Assembly (NCBI RefSeq): GCF_001194135.2
Contig: NC_068983.1
Location: forward strand, 143,394,227-143,458,226
DNA from: Octopus bimaculoides
Taxonomy: Eukaryota
Direction of reading: 5' to 3'
DNA length: 64,000 bases
Position 1 is the stretch's first letter. Each line of letters opens with the position of its first letter. Of the stretch, positions 1 to 13,065 are shown piece by piece. The notes beneath the pieces were generated by a model. It saw nothing but the letters and a program-made list of their open reading frames with translations, was not told the origin of the DNA and searched no databases. Both the position numbers and the translations under genes were made by a program.

Positions 1-165
1 ATGTTACTGGTCCACTTCAATCTAATCAGTTATCAGGTTACAAGTACACCTAACTACAGTATTATGTCAGTTTACTTAACAGTAAACAGGTGTCATATAT
101 ATACAGGCACATAATTCATATCTGCACTCAATGTGTGACTAACTTAATGGCACCCTAGAGTGCTA

Positions 166-297
166 TTAACAGGTGTCCACTGTTGCAAGTATTTGTACTA
201 TGTGCAGTCTGATGATATCAAGATGTATTTTCCTTTGTCTGACCAGTCCCAGGAGCCCAGCAGAAAAAATATAAAATCCATAGGCACAGCCCTTGCT
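166..297 (-). CDS. Candidate terminal coding exon (SKGCAYGFYIFSAGLLGLVRQRKIHLDIIRLHIVQILATVDTC*) of the putative minus-strand gene
   Basis: Poly-T tract and ...gtttagtcaacAG acceptor; open phase-0 frame of 43 codons to TAA with a hydrophobic segment. Manual call, no homology recognised. Confidence 0.15.
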   Translation of the reverse strand, partial: SKGCAYGFYIFSAGLLGLVRQRKIHLDIIRLHIVQILATVDTC

Positions 298-1059
298 CTG
301 TTGACTAAACAGTGTAAAAAAAAGTTATGTTGGCTTGAACTTCTAGATGCTGAAATCATTCCATTGGAGTAAGAACACTCCAATATATCTTAGCATCTTT
401 TGATGAAATAAAGACATTGGTTATGTCTCAATGACCCATTGTATGACAGAACATTACATTCTGACTTAATATTAGGTGTAGAAGTCAATATTTTTAATTT
501 ACTTCTTCGAAAAAAAAAAAAAAATGGAAATTAAATGAAAACGAGTAAAAAGGAAAATAGATAAAAAAAAAACTTGAAGTTTGGGTTTTTAACCATTTTT
601 CAATTATTCAAACATATTTCAAAATTGAGAAATATTGATTTATTTTCAAAAAGTACCAGGTTTCAAAATTTACAAAGAGAACAGGAAATAAAACTGCATG
701 TTATCCATCCAATTTCACAAGGGTAATTTGCTTTTTAAACTCAGAAACAACATAAAAAGAACTTGTCAGTTCTTGAATAAATTCTACATCATATATTGAG
801 CACCATTTTCTTTTATTAAAAAATTGTAGCGTTCATATAATGTTTATTTTATGATCTTGCCTTGACATAGTGATACTAATAACCTATTGTTAGAACTTAA
901 TATACATACACTTCAGAGTAAAAGTTAGGCAAGTGCAAAATGTGATATGATTAATGGAAAGACAAAGTACCAAGAATTATGTAATCAGCTTCATTGGCTT
1001 ATGGCTGTTTCTGCTATAAAAGGCAGTGCCTTCAGAGCTGAATGCTTGTACATCACTTC

Positions 1060-1662
1060 ATAGCTATATGTATGATGTAGAGGATAAACGTGAAGGCTGG
1101 AAAAAAATGAAATGAGTAAGAAGCAAGTTTTGCAGGATGTCTAATGTTGGGGTGCATAAATGACAGTACAAATGAACTGAGAGAAAAACTAGATAAAAAA
1201 GAATCAGGTGTAGTGTGCACGAGAGAAAGCTTCACTTGTAAGGGCCTCTGATGTGTACAGAGGATGTCAGTTGCATAAAAAGTGTCAAGTACTTGAAGAG
1301 GATACAACCTGTGGAATAAGGATATAAGACATGGTATAAAGTGGTGAATATTAAAGGACCACAAAAGGTAACATGTGGTGCTAGAGAAAACCCATACAAA
1401 ACAAATGTTAAAATAATAGTAGTGATGTAGTTCTGTTACTTAGGGGACCAAGTTAGCAGCAATGGGTGGGCGAGTGCTGAAAGTTTAGTTGCTAAGATAA
1501 GAATAAGCTAGACAAAGTTCAGAGAGCTTCTACTGTTGTTGGCAACTAAGGGCCTCTCCTTCAGAGTGAAAGGCAGATTATATGATACCTGTGCATACAC
1601 AACTATGTTACACAGTGAAACATGGGCCTTGCCTACAGAGGACTTGCAAAGGCTTGAAAGAT
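1060..1662 (+). mobile_element. Degenerate RTE-clade LINE fragments (C-terminal ORF region)
   Basis: Translates KGLSFRVKGRLYDTCAYTTMLHSETW..EDLQRLER, the RTE C-terminal region; 1060-1360 is a more decayed copy of the downstream part. Confidence 0.8.
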
Positions 1663-1675
1663 GTGTGTGTGTGTG

Positions 1676-2322
1676 TATTTATAAATCTGTAAACAAATCT
1701 GAAGGATGTCAATTACAGAGAAGAGCGACACACACAGGTCCTTTATAATAAAAACTGCACTTATATATTATTTACAATAATATATGCACCATTTAAAGCA
1801 ACTAAACTAAACCTAAACTGACTGAAAAAAGATGGGCTGAACCACTGGGAATTAAGCATGACATCAATGCTCACATGGCTCCATATGCACCCAATTCACC
1901 CACATAGCTCACCCATCAATTTCAGCCAATTTTAATGTACAGATAAATTTAGTTTAGAATATATATTTATAAATTTGTAAACAAACCCAAAAGCTGTAAA
2001 TTATGGAGAAGAGCAACAGACATAGGTCCTTTTTAATAATAACTATAATTATATATTATTTGCAATAATATGCTCCATTTAAAATGACTAAACCTAAACA
2101 ACTGACTGAAAAAAGATGGGCCAAACCACTGAGAATTGAACACAACATCAATGCTTACATGGCTCCAAAATTATCTATACATTAAAATTGGCTGAAATTA
2201 ATGGGTGGGCTAGATGGGTGAATTGGGTGTGTACAGAGCCATGTAAGCATTGATGTAGTGTTCAATTCCCAGTTGTCTGGCCCATCTTTAGTCATTTTAA
2301 ATGGAGCATTTTAAATGGAGCA
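1676..2322. repeat. Direct plus inverted triplication of a ~280 bp unit
   Basis: Copy A ~1676-1955 and direct copy B ~1964-2167 share aaagatgggc..accactg.gaatt.a.ca..acatcaatgct.acatggctcc; ~2168-2322 is the reverse complement of the distal part (gagccatgtaagcattgatg...ggcccatcttt). Confidence 0.8.
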
Positions 2323-3419
2323 TATCCAGCTGTAGAAACCTTAACAGAAACAGCTATACAATCGAGTCATGCTTCTTCAACTCAAGAACAGTAACACTAA
2401 ATAAGAACTCAGATTGTGACAACTTGTGCAATCCATACCAGCATGGAAAGTGGACATAAAATTATGATGGTGATGATTAGTTTATATGAGATGAGGTTAG
2501 AAAATAGAAACTGTTGAAGAGCAAATGGATATGCTTCAATGGGGAGAGAGGTACTTAAAAACAGAAATGGTTAATAATAACAAAAACAAGCCGATATTTA
2601 ATACCAATTTCCTCTAGTTGCCATCCATAGATAATAGACATTTAGGAAATTCCAGTCATAGAAAACTGGTGACATAAAAACATACATACATTCATACACA
2701 CACATACATATATATATATGTGAGTAGTAGAGGTACACAGATATATGTATACACAGACATGTGTAAATGTACATATACACTTTTAATGCATCTATATTTA
2801 ATGGAAAACAGTAACTAAATCAACAATCTTGTTTCAAATTCAATTCCATAGAGAAGGGAGGGAGAGAGAGAGAGAGAGAGAGAGAGATTCATACATACAT
2901 TGATTGAAACTGAGATGAAATGAATTATGAAACTGAATTCTACATTTATTAGATATTATTATAATTATAGCTATGTTACTTGTCCAACAAGGAAAGTAGT
3001 ATGGGGAGAGGGTAGATCAAATGATTTAGTATATGAATTTGATAATGTACTCAAAGACAGGCACAAGAGAAACTAATATGTAAGTGCTATAAAGCTGAAC
3101 CAACCCTAATTCTATGTCTTGCTCCAAATTCAGGAACATTCTGGGTAATTTTTTAATTTTGTAGAAGTAAGAGAATTAGGAAAAGAGGGCAAGGAAGAAT
3201 TAAGAAAGGAAGTGAAGTACTAAAATAGAAGAAAAACAAAAGATATATTAGAAAATAATGACATCTCTCACAAAAGAGTTGGTTTACTTCCTTTTACTAG
3301 TCAAAAACTGCTTCTGGAATCATTTTCTTATATTTGTTCCTGTTCCAGGAAAATTACATATTTAACAAAAACCAAAGTCCTAGTAAATAGGAAAACAGAC
3401 AAATCACAAGTCCTGTCTG

Positions 3420-4520
3420 AGAGATGGCTGTGCTTGATATGTAAGAAGGGTGTTGATAGAAACTCCATATGTTGTACTCAGAGTAAGCTTTGGACACACA
3501 AGAAGTGTAGCGGGATTACCAGAAGGTTAACAGAGAATATAGCCTTTGTGTGCAGCAAATGTGTAGATACAATAAGCACTAAAAATGCACAGACAATAGA
3601 CTCCCTCAAATACTTGGGGTGAACATTAGAAGTAGTAGATAGCTTCTGTTACTTAGGAGACCAAGTTAGCAACAGGGGGGGGGTGCTGAATTCTTATCTT
3701 GCTAGGATGAGAATGAGCGAGACAAAGTTCAGAGAGCTTCTACTGTTGTTGGTAACTAAGGGCCTCTCCTTCAGAGTGAAAGGCAGATTATATGATGCCT
3801 GTGCATACATAACCATGTTACAAAGTGAAATATGGGCTTTGACTACAGAGGACTTGCAAAGGTTTGAAAGAAATGAAGCTAGCATGCTCTGCTGAATGGG
3901 TAATGTCAGTGTGTATGCAGGACAGAGTGGAAACGATTTAAGAGGAAAACTGGGTTATATGATGGGGACAGCTCATCACATGGATGAGGACAGCTGTGTA
4001 AAGAAGTGCCAAGCTGTAATTGTGGAGGATACCTGTGAAAGGGTAGACCCAAGAAGACATGGGATGAAGTGGTGAGAATGGATCTTCAAATGCTGGGCCT
4101 CACTGAGGAAATGACAAAGGACCAGAAGATGTGGCAATTTGCTGTACTTAATAAAGACACGTCAAGCTAAGTAAAATTACTGTCTTCCACACATACAGGC
4201 TTGTCCTTTCAGGTACCAGAGCTATTTAAAGAGCGCCCATGCTGATGCTGCAGTAATGCACCTGTGTTGGTGCAGTGTAAACACACCCGTGCCTGCGCAG
4301 TGTAAACACACCCATGCCTGTGCTGTGTGAATGAACCTATGCTGGTGGCATGTAAAAGCACCCAGTACACTTAAGTGACTGGCGTTAGGAAAGAATCTAG
4401 CCATAGAAACCATGCCACAACAGACAGAGTCTGGATAGCTTCCTGCTAGACAGCTCCATGTCAAACCATCCAACCCATGCTAGCATGGGAAGCAAAAGTT
4501 AAATGATGATGATGATGATC
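3420..4520 (+). mobile_element. 5'-truncated RTE LINE (ORF C-terminus, 3'UTR and (GAT)n tail)
   Basis: KFRELLLLLVTKGLSFRVKGRLYDACAY..SEIW..EDLQRFERNEASML, then the HMDEDSCVKKC..GRP.KTW region, the family 3'UTR (ggcgttaggaa..ccaacccatgctagcatgg) and an atgatgatgat tail. Confidence 0.85.
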
Positions 4521-4699
4521 AGTTATCAAACCACAGTTCTTTTCAATGGAGTCTTGAACTTCATTCAAAGCTTACAGACCAGTTCTGAATTTTTTTCCAC
4601 TATTAAATATGTCTTTCAAGATCTACATTTGATGTACTCTATTCATCCTTAAGAATCACAGTTGTATCTATTCTTGTTTGAGAGATACATCTAGTTCAT

Positions 4700-6450
4700 T
4701 GTGCCTTTTATTTTTTTTGCATCAATATCAAACTGGAACTACAGTTTCACAAAGCATTGTTATTGATGATCATATTTGTCAGTACATATAAGAGTTGGAA
4801 CTTAAGTTTTCTTGAGTATGAGTTAATGTGATAGCTCAAAAAACATGCAACTCTGTCTGTGACATTTACTTGGTGAATTTGCTTTAAAACTTGCAAGCAT
4901 ATTTTCTGGATGATATGCAGATATTTTCATAGGTTTATATCTGATTTTATTGAGCCATGTACACAAGTCATTATCATGAAATTCACAGACCTTGCCAAAT
5001 ACTACTGTTTCTGCTTCTTTATCCTTAACCTTTATTTCTGACCAGCCAGCATATGAATCAACAAATAATTCCCAACTGATGTGAGATCCATATATGCAGT
5101 GCTCTTTGAGAACAGCATACAATCACAAACGTTTTCCTTCCAATATTTAAGTATTTTGTTTCACTGTGGCTAATGCTCTTCTCAAATGTAATAATATAGG
5201 ATGGCCATCTTATGAAAGTATTTCTGATATGGCTCTTTCACCTATATCAGTTGTTCAGGAAACTTCTTTAGCAGTATCATAAATATGGGCTATTGGCTTT
5301 GATACTAACATCAGCTTTATATGTTCAAATGTCTTTTGTTGCTGGAAATTGATTCCATGCTTACAAAATGATGCAAGCAGCAATATACAGACTGAATAAG
5401 GATCAATAATTCTTCAATAGAAATAAACAAGTCCAAGAAAAGGGTCAAATTGCTTCTTGTCCTCTCGCGGTTTTATAACCATAATTCTCCCTACGAAACA
5501 ATGAAGTGGTAATATATCCTTCATTGTTAGTCTATATTCAAAATGGACAATTCATCCATTTCTAACAGATATTGCTCAATTGATGATCATGAGTGGTAAT
5601 TCTCTTTATATGATCTTATCTACTTTGATTTTCAATAATTTTAGCACCAATAACATATATCATCTTGATAAATAACAATCTGAATGTCATTTTCAACATA
5701 TTCACTAGTTCTCTGAAACATAGTGATAGTTGTTTTAATTCCACATGGAAGACATGTCTACCTTAGAATACCCATTAACATATTTATTGTAGTAATTTCT
5801 TGTTTCATATCACATTTCCATCTGATGATATACCCCCTTTAAATCCAATTTAGCAAAATAATTCAAACCAGAAAGAGAATAAAATAATGATTGTGTTCAG
5901 ATCAGAATCTGTATGTAATCTTTCAGTTACACCTATTTTATAGTCTCCATTTACTGATATCTTCATCCACCTTTTCAAACAATCACTGAAGGAAAGGCCC
6001 ATTTACTACCTCCAAGGGAATTTCTTCAAAAAGACCTTTATTAATTAGTTTCCTCAGCTTTGCAATGACTAATGGTTTAATGTGTATTGCAATGGTTTTG
6101 CCTCAACATAGCTTGATATTCCTTTGAGAAGAGTGTTAGCCTTAAAATATCTTAATCACACACTGTCCTGGAGCTTCAATCTCATGAATTAATGTTAAAC
6201 TATTTATATTCATCATATCCATGCCGAGCAAGTCGTGATTTGTTTTCTACATTTAACCACAATAACATTCACAACCTCTACTCTTATCAATTTCCATTGA
6301 TGTATCAAATTTTCTCCAAATTCCAAAATTTCAGTGAGTGATTCATCAAGCTGCTTTATTCTAAGATCACAATTTTGGTTTATTGAAATCCACCTAAAAA
6401 TTCTGAGATATAGTGACCTGACTGCCAGTGACAGTTTACATTTTAAAATT
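4700..6450 (-). mobile_element. Decayed Ty3/Gypsy pol remnant (protease-RT-RNaseH-integrase)
   Basis: Minus-strand motifs in Gypsy order: (V)TGSQVTI 6409-6432 (DTG protease-like), LLGMD ~6217-6231, TTIN..G..R..CLPCG ~5745-5800, IVIYQDD 5659-5670, AISEILS*DGHPI ~5200-5245, VDSYAGWSEI and KISAYHPENMLA in ORF 4823-5122. Many stops and frameshifts. Confidence 0.8.
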
Positions 6451-7019
6451 AACAGAGATTCATATTGAGCATTGGAGTGATTTTAGATCAATTTTATAAA
6501 TACTTATAGAATCTACCTGTTTGATCCTTTTTTTCTAGTTTTAAAAAAAGCCTTAAAGTGATTATCCTACACACACACACACACACATGATGTAAGGTTT
6601 ACCAAATGCATCATATTTTGATGATGCATGTTTATATCCACAAGATTTATACAGGTTTCTTTTAATAAGTAACACAGTGATATCATTAAGATCACTTCCC
6701 TACCCAATCATCTAAAATTCAAAAATTTTCAGCTGATGAGAGAATTCAAGGCATGCATTAAACTTCAGATCACCTGATTAAAGCTAGTCTAATGCCTTCA
6801 CCCAATGCTCTATAAGTCTTATTTGAATCTTATCTTCTGCACTCTATCTTTTGGTTCCAGTTTTCACAAATTCACAAAAAGTGAATTGACTCAATTTCTG
6901 AGAATAAATAAAATCAGATTTTGAGGTTATAAAAGTTTGACTTTCAGTAATTACATTTTTACGATGGGGGACATTATTGTAGATCAACATCATTAATTAA
7001 ATGTTCAATTTTCCATGCT

Positions 7020-7625
7020 TGCTTGGGTTGTATAGAATTTGTTGAGGTGGATTTTCTACAGCCAGATGCCCATTTTGTCACTACCCCTCTGCTGTTCTAG
7101 GAAAGATAAGATTTCCTCATGACCAGACATGTTTTCACAAAAGATTGGAAATGAAGGACAACACTTACATGATGGTGGCATCTGTTTACAACTACCACAC
7201 AATATCAAGGCAAGGAGATAGTAACACACATGCATGCACATATATACATACATACATACATCATCATCGTTTAACGTCCACTTTCCATACTGGCATGGGT
7301 TGGACAGTCTGACTGGGAACTGGTGAGCCAGATGGCTGCACCAAGCTCCAATCTGATCTAGCAGAGTTTCTACAGCTGGATGCCCTTCCTAACACCAACC
7401 ACTCCAAGACTGTAGAGGGTGTGTTTACATACCACTGGCATGAGGGCCAGTCAGGCGGTACTGGCAACGGCCACACTCAAATGGTGTTTTTACATGTCAT
7501 CTGCACAGGAGCCAGTCCAGCGGCACTGGCAACGCCCTCGCTCGAATGCTGTTTTTCCCCTACCACTGGCACAAGTGCCAGTAAGGCGACGCTAGTAACG
7601 ATCACACTCAAATGGTGCTTTTTAC
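7020..7625 (-). mobile_element. Two adjacent RTE 3'UTR fragments, inverted orientation
   Basis: catcatcatcgtttaacgtccactttccatac...cccttcctaacaccaaccactc at 7260-7410 is the reverse complement of the RTE tail; ~65 bp internal repeats (actggcaacg..ctcaaatggtg) at 7430-7625; a second decayed tail at 7020-7200. Confidence 0.75.
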
Positions 7626-8039
7626 GTGTCACTGGCACATATAATTGAAGAAATTGGAATCAACAAGAAGTACGGTTGGGCAATTAATTTTTAATCACAA
7701 TTGTTTCCACCCAACATGGTTCTCCAAAAATTCAGGTATTTGATTATGCAACAGTTTGTTTGCATAATGAGATCCAGTTGTGTTTCCTCAAGTGTTGTCT
7801 CCATTAGTTTAAAATCTTTGACTTCAAGGCCATTCCATCTGTCCATCTGTCTTGGTTTGAATTTGGTAGCAGTTGGTAGATTTATGTTTGCTGCCAGAGT
7901 GTGTTTGTTGGACTGCTATGAGTAGTAGTAGATGGTTGTTTTGGTACCAGCTGATCACTGACCTGTTCTTCATGGTTGGCTGCACATGTGAATTTTATTA
8001 GCTTCAGTATTCAGATACATACATGCACATATCTATATC

Positions 8040-8215
8040 TATATATCAGGCTTTTTTTCAGTTTTTGCCAAGCAAATCAACTTGCAAGGCTTTGGTAATC
8101 CTGGGACTGTAATGCAAGAAACTTGCCCAAAGTACACACAGTGGGATTAGACCTGGAACAATGTAGTTGGGAAGCAAACTTCTTACTACACAGTCACATC
8201 AGTACCTATCATACT
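8040..8215 (-). mobile_element. SINE-like repeat, family B (gtggtaag..cttcccaac..ttgggcaagtg head)
   Basis: Reverse complement of the unit seen at 17890, 21650 and 63365. Confidence 0.6.
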
Positions 8216-8549
8216 GCTAAAATTCATTTTCTTATATACTTTACGAGTTTCACCATTACTGAAACCTCTCATAGAGCCATCATATTTGGTTTAAATAAAA
8301 ACAGACCTAATCTTTAGAGTCTTGTTGTAGTCACAAAATATGACAACCAAGCCTCTATCACATCTGGGTCATTGACTTGTACAACATTTATCCTAATACA
8401 GCAGTTGCATGTGATCCATTATATTCAAAGGTTTCATTCAACTGAATGACCAAGCTGTTACATCAAACAAATAATCATATGCAAGTACACAAATGAATGC
8501 AATAATGACATCACACAGACAAGTATATAACCAAATTTCCAGGACTTAC

Positions 8550-8674
8550 AAATAGACACAATATATAGACAACAGCAACACTAGGCACTGCATACATATT
8601 ACGCAGAATACCATATAATAGAAAATACAAAACCGAAACAGAAACACTGCACATCATACTCAAGACTGACAAAG
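8550..8674 (-). CDS. Candidate hydrophobic coding exon ((A)LSVLSMMCSVSVSVLYFLLYGILRNMYAVPSVAVVYILCLF)
   Basis: ctatacAG acceptor and consensus GTAAGT donor; 125 nt, phase 1 in and phase 0 out, no stop; keeps two CpGs in a CpG-poor region. A TG-rich composition can mimic transmembrane segments. Confidence 0.3.
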
Positions 8675-11600
8675 CTGTATAGACTTAAGCACAGTGAAAA
8701 CACTGAAACAAGACCATTGAATAATATTGCATTCTTTGTAACAATGTAGTGAAAAGAATACCAAAACATAATTAAAAGAAGTGTCTGGAATGAATCAACA
8801 GAATTTCTAGCCAGAAATTTGACCCAAATAAACCCAACAACCCATTTTTTTGTGATGTGAGAGTGTTAATAAACTTTTTACCATTTCAAATCATTAGTGT
8901 ACCAATATACTTATTCACGTTCCTCCCCTTCTAATCTCCAATGACATTTTGTCTCATACTGCCTCTGGAGAGTTGTAACAAGCTGAAATTTGAAGATGTT
9001 ATACCAAGCTCAGAAAATGTCAATAGTATACATCCCATTTACAGTTCAGAAATGTGTCACTACTAAAGATAGTTCCCAGTGGTACAATTTCCTCTTACAA
9101 ACCTCCAATTTCCAAGTTCAAATCCTCACAGGAGTTAAACCATGAATTTTAATTGACATTCCTATCCAGGAAAAGATAGGTTTTTTTAAGTACTTAAAAA
9201 TTATGAAAAATAAGTTACATTCCATGCGCCTTTAATAGCCAGAGGTCAATTTAAGTTCAGTAGCATAAAGGAATTCAGGACAGCAACACACCCACCCNNN
9301 NNNNNNNNNNNNNNNNNNNNNNNNNNNNNNNNNNNNNNNNNNNNNNNNNNNNNNNNNNNNNNNNNNNNAATTCTGACCGCCATTCTTTATATATTTGCAC
9401 ACATATGCATACTTTCGATTTTTCGCTTTTATTTATTTCTTTTTACCCCTTTTAGTCATGTTTTTTGTTTTTATTTTGGGGGATACACTTTACTGACACT
9501 AGTTACAATAGTACCAGGAATGTTCTTGGCGTCACCAAAGTGGAAAAAAAAGAGTTAAGTTTTTGAAAATTAGAAACAAAAAGGCTTGGTTTTTATAAAG
9601 CTGCTGTAGAGATGTGAAAATATGGCTACTACTTGTAAATTTCAAATCAAACTTACCAAAGTCTTCCAGCACCCCCCAGGTCTTAACGCCCACTCCTAGC
9701 ACCCCTTTGCTCCAAAATTTCCTCCTTGAGCTCCAAATGCCACCCCCACCCCTGACCATATGACCCCCATTGAGAACCTTTGGTTTAGAGCAAATCTATG
9801 TTTAAACAGCAAAGTGTAACTCTTACTAAATGACTTGAACTGTTGAGAGTTAAGTGTCAAGGTCATGGACACCATGCACAGTCAGTAGCAGTATATGAAT
9901 TGGTGGCATCAGATGACTTTCCAGTAACCTGTCAACTTCAACTATCTGTGTTATATACCCTCATCTTTTAATATTTCAGTACAACTCTTAGTTTGACACA
10001 TCATTAAATTACTCAGGATAGCTTTACATGTACACTTGCCAAATGGAATTCTGAAAGAGATTTTAATTCAATAACAGAATTTTACTGTTTTATCTTTTTT
10101 TAATTTCATTATGTTGGTGATACTGACATGGTTGACTAATTAACCCTTCTACATTCACTAGTATCTCTAGAAATTATCTACAAAACGAAATGTAGCATTA
10201 AACAATATCTCGGTTAACAACTTTGATCTACCTCTTATTCGATGATCTTTCACAAGCTTCACCCGTATACTAATTGAATTTCTGCCAACTAATTTCTTAA
10301 CATGTTCATCTCAGTCTATCTGCTACTAGCAACATTTGATATCAAAATCAAAGCATTCTCTACGTTTCCATGAACTTAGTCCATGTCTTCAAATTAATTA
10401 TACCAAATTTTTCTGTTTCCTCTCTGTTTTCTGCTTTCATAAATTTCATTAATAAAACAAAACCCAGAGTCTAGTAAAAGATTTAGAGAAGGAATAGGTT
10501 ATCTTCATATATGACTACAGTATATCAATTCACTATTATAAATACAGAGCAAATCATTATCAATGTATTTTTAACAGCATGGGTTTGATAGTAAGAAGTT
10601 TTTTCCTATCTTCATTTTTCCCAACTTTATGTATGAAGATCAACAATATCTAACCTCACTAGTTAATGTTAAATCTTTAATCTTTCTTTACTGTAGACGT
10701 TTTTGATCCACTTAGTCATAAGAGATGTACGCCCAGTATGTATAATCTATTACATGTGCATTCCAAAACATTCGTCTCTCCTGTATAGATCAGCTTAGCT
10801 CATGTATGCTAAATTACTTTCTCATTCAACTCCTGTATTCAGTCTAATTACACTAAAATTGTTTCTCACAAACCATTGCAGATATAGTTGTGAGATTAAG
10901 TTTGCTATGCAATCGTATTGTATCAGGTTCAATCCTGCAATACAGTACCTTAGGAAATTCACCAGTACCATAGCATTGTATTGACACAACTTATGAATGA
11001 AACTGTGCAAAAGTCCAGCAAATGGTCTGTACCTATTATTGGATGATAAAGTTAATATAAAGAGCAATATAAGACCAATGCCTGGTCTTTGAGTACCTTT
11101 CTTGAAAGCCCACTTTTCTTTGAGAACAGGCTCTCAAAAAAAAAAAAAGAAAAAGAAAAAAAGCTCTTGGATACTGCTCTTCTGAAGTCATGAAATTTGT
11201 AGCCTAGGATTGAACTAGCTTTCTGTGTACAATGATGTGGTATATAGTTAGTGGAGCAGAGAAATGTTTTGCATTTACTCCACAATCTGGTTTTAATTTC
11301 TTATCGTAACTATTTCACTTTATTTCTTTTAATATTCAAGAAAGGCATTAACATCATCAAATCACTCACTCTCTCCTAATGCTCTCTCTAGCAGACAATT
11401 ATTACAGAAGCTTTATTCAGCAACATATTTTACAAGATTATGGTAAATGTTGAGTAAATGTAAAAAAGCATTACATGTAGAAAAGATAAACTGGACACTA
11501 TCAAAATTACATACTAAATCAGTTTCATTATTTCAAATACCAACTACAAAAACTCAATTTCTACTTCTGACAACTACTTCTCAACCTAGTTTAAATTGAT

Positions 11601-12145
11601 AAATGTAAAAGAATTTAATAAAAATAGGAAAATACCAAGAATATTTAATAATCTCCTGAAAGTGACATTTAAAAATCTAGTTATAATATTTTTTAATCCT
11701 AAAATTTCATATAATTCACCTTGCTTGTCTTCATAAAAGAGTTAATACTAATCAGTTGAGATTAAAATGATACAGATATGAGCTAAGACATCCTCCCCCA
11801 CCACCACCGTTTCATTAGATTTAGAGCCAGATAGGCTTTAAACATTTTCAAAAAATGGTTACAGATATATCTTAGTATTTTCAATTCTAAATATGATAGA
11901 ACATGTCAATTGTACAGATTGTTTCATCTTGTTACCAACCCATATACAACTAGGTCTTTACAGACTACTTGTGTGAAGCAGAATAGACTTGTGAGATTAA
12001 TATGCAAATCAACTGGATACAAGGTCATGAGTTCTAATCTTGTGACAGCCACCACTATATCACCTAACCACATTTGTACAGTTATTTTTATAGACTGAAT
12101 TATCTGTAAATTATCATGGCCAGCTTTACATTTTATCTCTTCTCT

Positions 12146-12304
12146 CTGAGTGGTTGGCGTTAGGAAGGGCATCCAGCTGTAGAAACTCTGCCAAATTTAG
12201 ATTGGAGCCTGGTGTTGCCATCCGGTTTCACCAGTCCTCAGTCAAGTCGTCCAACCCATGCTAGCATGGAAAGCGGACATTAAACGATGATGATGATGAT
12301 GATG
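12146..12304 (+). mobile_element. Young RTE 3' tail insertion
   Basis: gagtggttggcgttaggaagggcatccagctgtagaaactctgcc...cgtccaacccatgctagcatggaaagcggac.ttaaacgatgatgat; near-identical to 32408-32568 and 20088-20181. Confidence 0.85.
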
Positions 12305-12399
12305 AAAGAGATGAATTAAATACTGAAATGCATTTCCTCCAGTATTGTACAGTCTCATCTAATTATTCCATAGGCACAAGGTCTCAGATTTGAGGGCAA

Positions 12400-12680
12400 G
12401 AAACAATTATACTGACCCTAGTACTTGACTGGTATTCTATTTTATTGAAATCCAGAAAGACGAAAGGCAAAGGTGACTTCAATTGAATTTGAACTCAGAA
12501 CATAAAAAGCCAAAACATACTGCAAGGCATTTTGTCAGATGCACAAATTATTCTGCCAGAAATAAGATTAAAAAACAGTGGAAGGAGAGCATATCCAATT
12601 ATTGTGACTCCAGTACTTGATTGGTATTACTTTATCAACACCATAAAGATGTAAGGTAAAACTGACTCTGTGCTATTTAG
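12400..12680 (-). mobile_element. SINE-like repeats, family A (gagttcaaattc..gactttgcctttcatcc core), two decayed copies
   Basis: gaaaggcaaaggtgacttcaattgaatttgaactcagaac is the reverse complement of the family core. Confidence 0.65.
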
Positions 12681-12823
12681 ATGCATCCTTTGGATTTGTA
12701 AATCACTAAAGTAGTTTGTTTGCTACTGCTGTAACAATTCTCCAGCTTCTTACTTACTTGTATAAGTTTGTATGGTTAACAAAAGGTTCTACTCTCACAT
12801 AAAGGAGTAACAGCTACAATTAC

Positions 12824-12847
12824 CTTTCTTTGAAAAAGGAGGTCTAC
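12824..12847 (-). CDS. Candidate 24-nt symmetric microexon ((S)RPPFSKK in phase 1)
   Basis: actaatattttAG|GTAGACCTCCTTTTTCAAAGAAAG|GTAATT, with a branch-like CTAAT just upstream of the AG. Confidence 0.3.
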
Positions 12848-13029
12848 CTAAAATATTAGTTTGCTGTAGGATAGACAAACAATGTATTCTGCTTTGTGAA
12901 ATTTCTATTTATTAATTGCCAACATAGGGGTATCTAAAGAAACTAGTGATGCTCTATTTCAATAAGCATAAAATTGTTTGTTCAGACTATTTTGCAAATG
13001 TTGACATTTGCATAATCATTCAATTCAAG

Positions 13030-13030
<1 letters not shown>

Positions 13031-13062
<32 letters not shown>
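13031..13062. repeat. Poly(A) tract
   Basis: Run of ~30 A. Confidence 0.95.

Positions 13063-13065
<3 letters not shown>

Noticed and set aside
7430-7625. ~65-bp spaced repeats resembling an array
   Set aside because: Internal repeats of the RTE 3'UTR; no CRISPR-like unique spacers and eukaryotic context.
10200-10900. Possible Penelope/LINE remnant (IYTGET on minus)
   Set aside because: Single short motif with no supporting frame.
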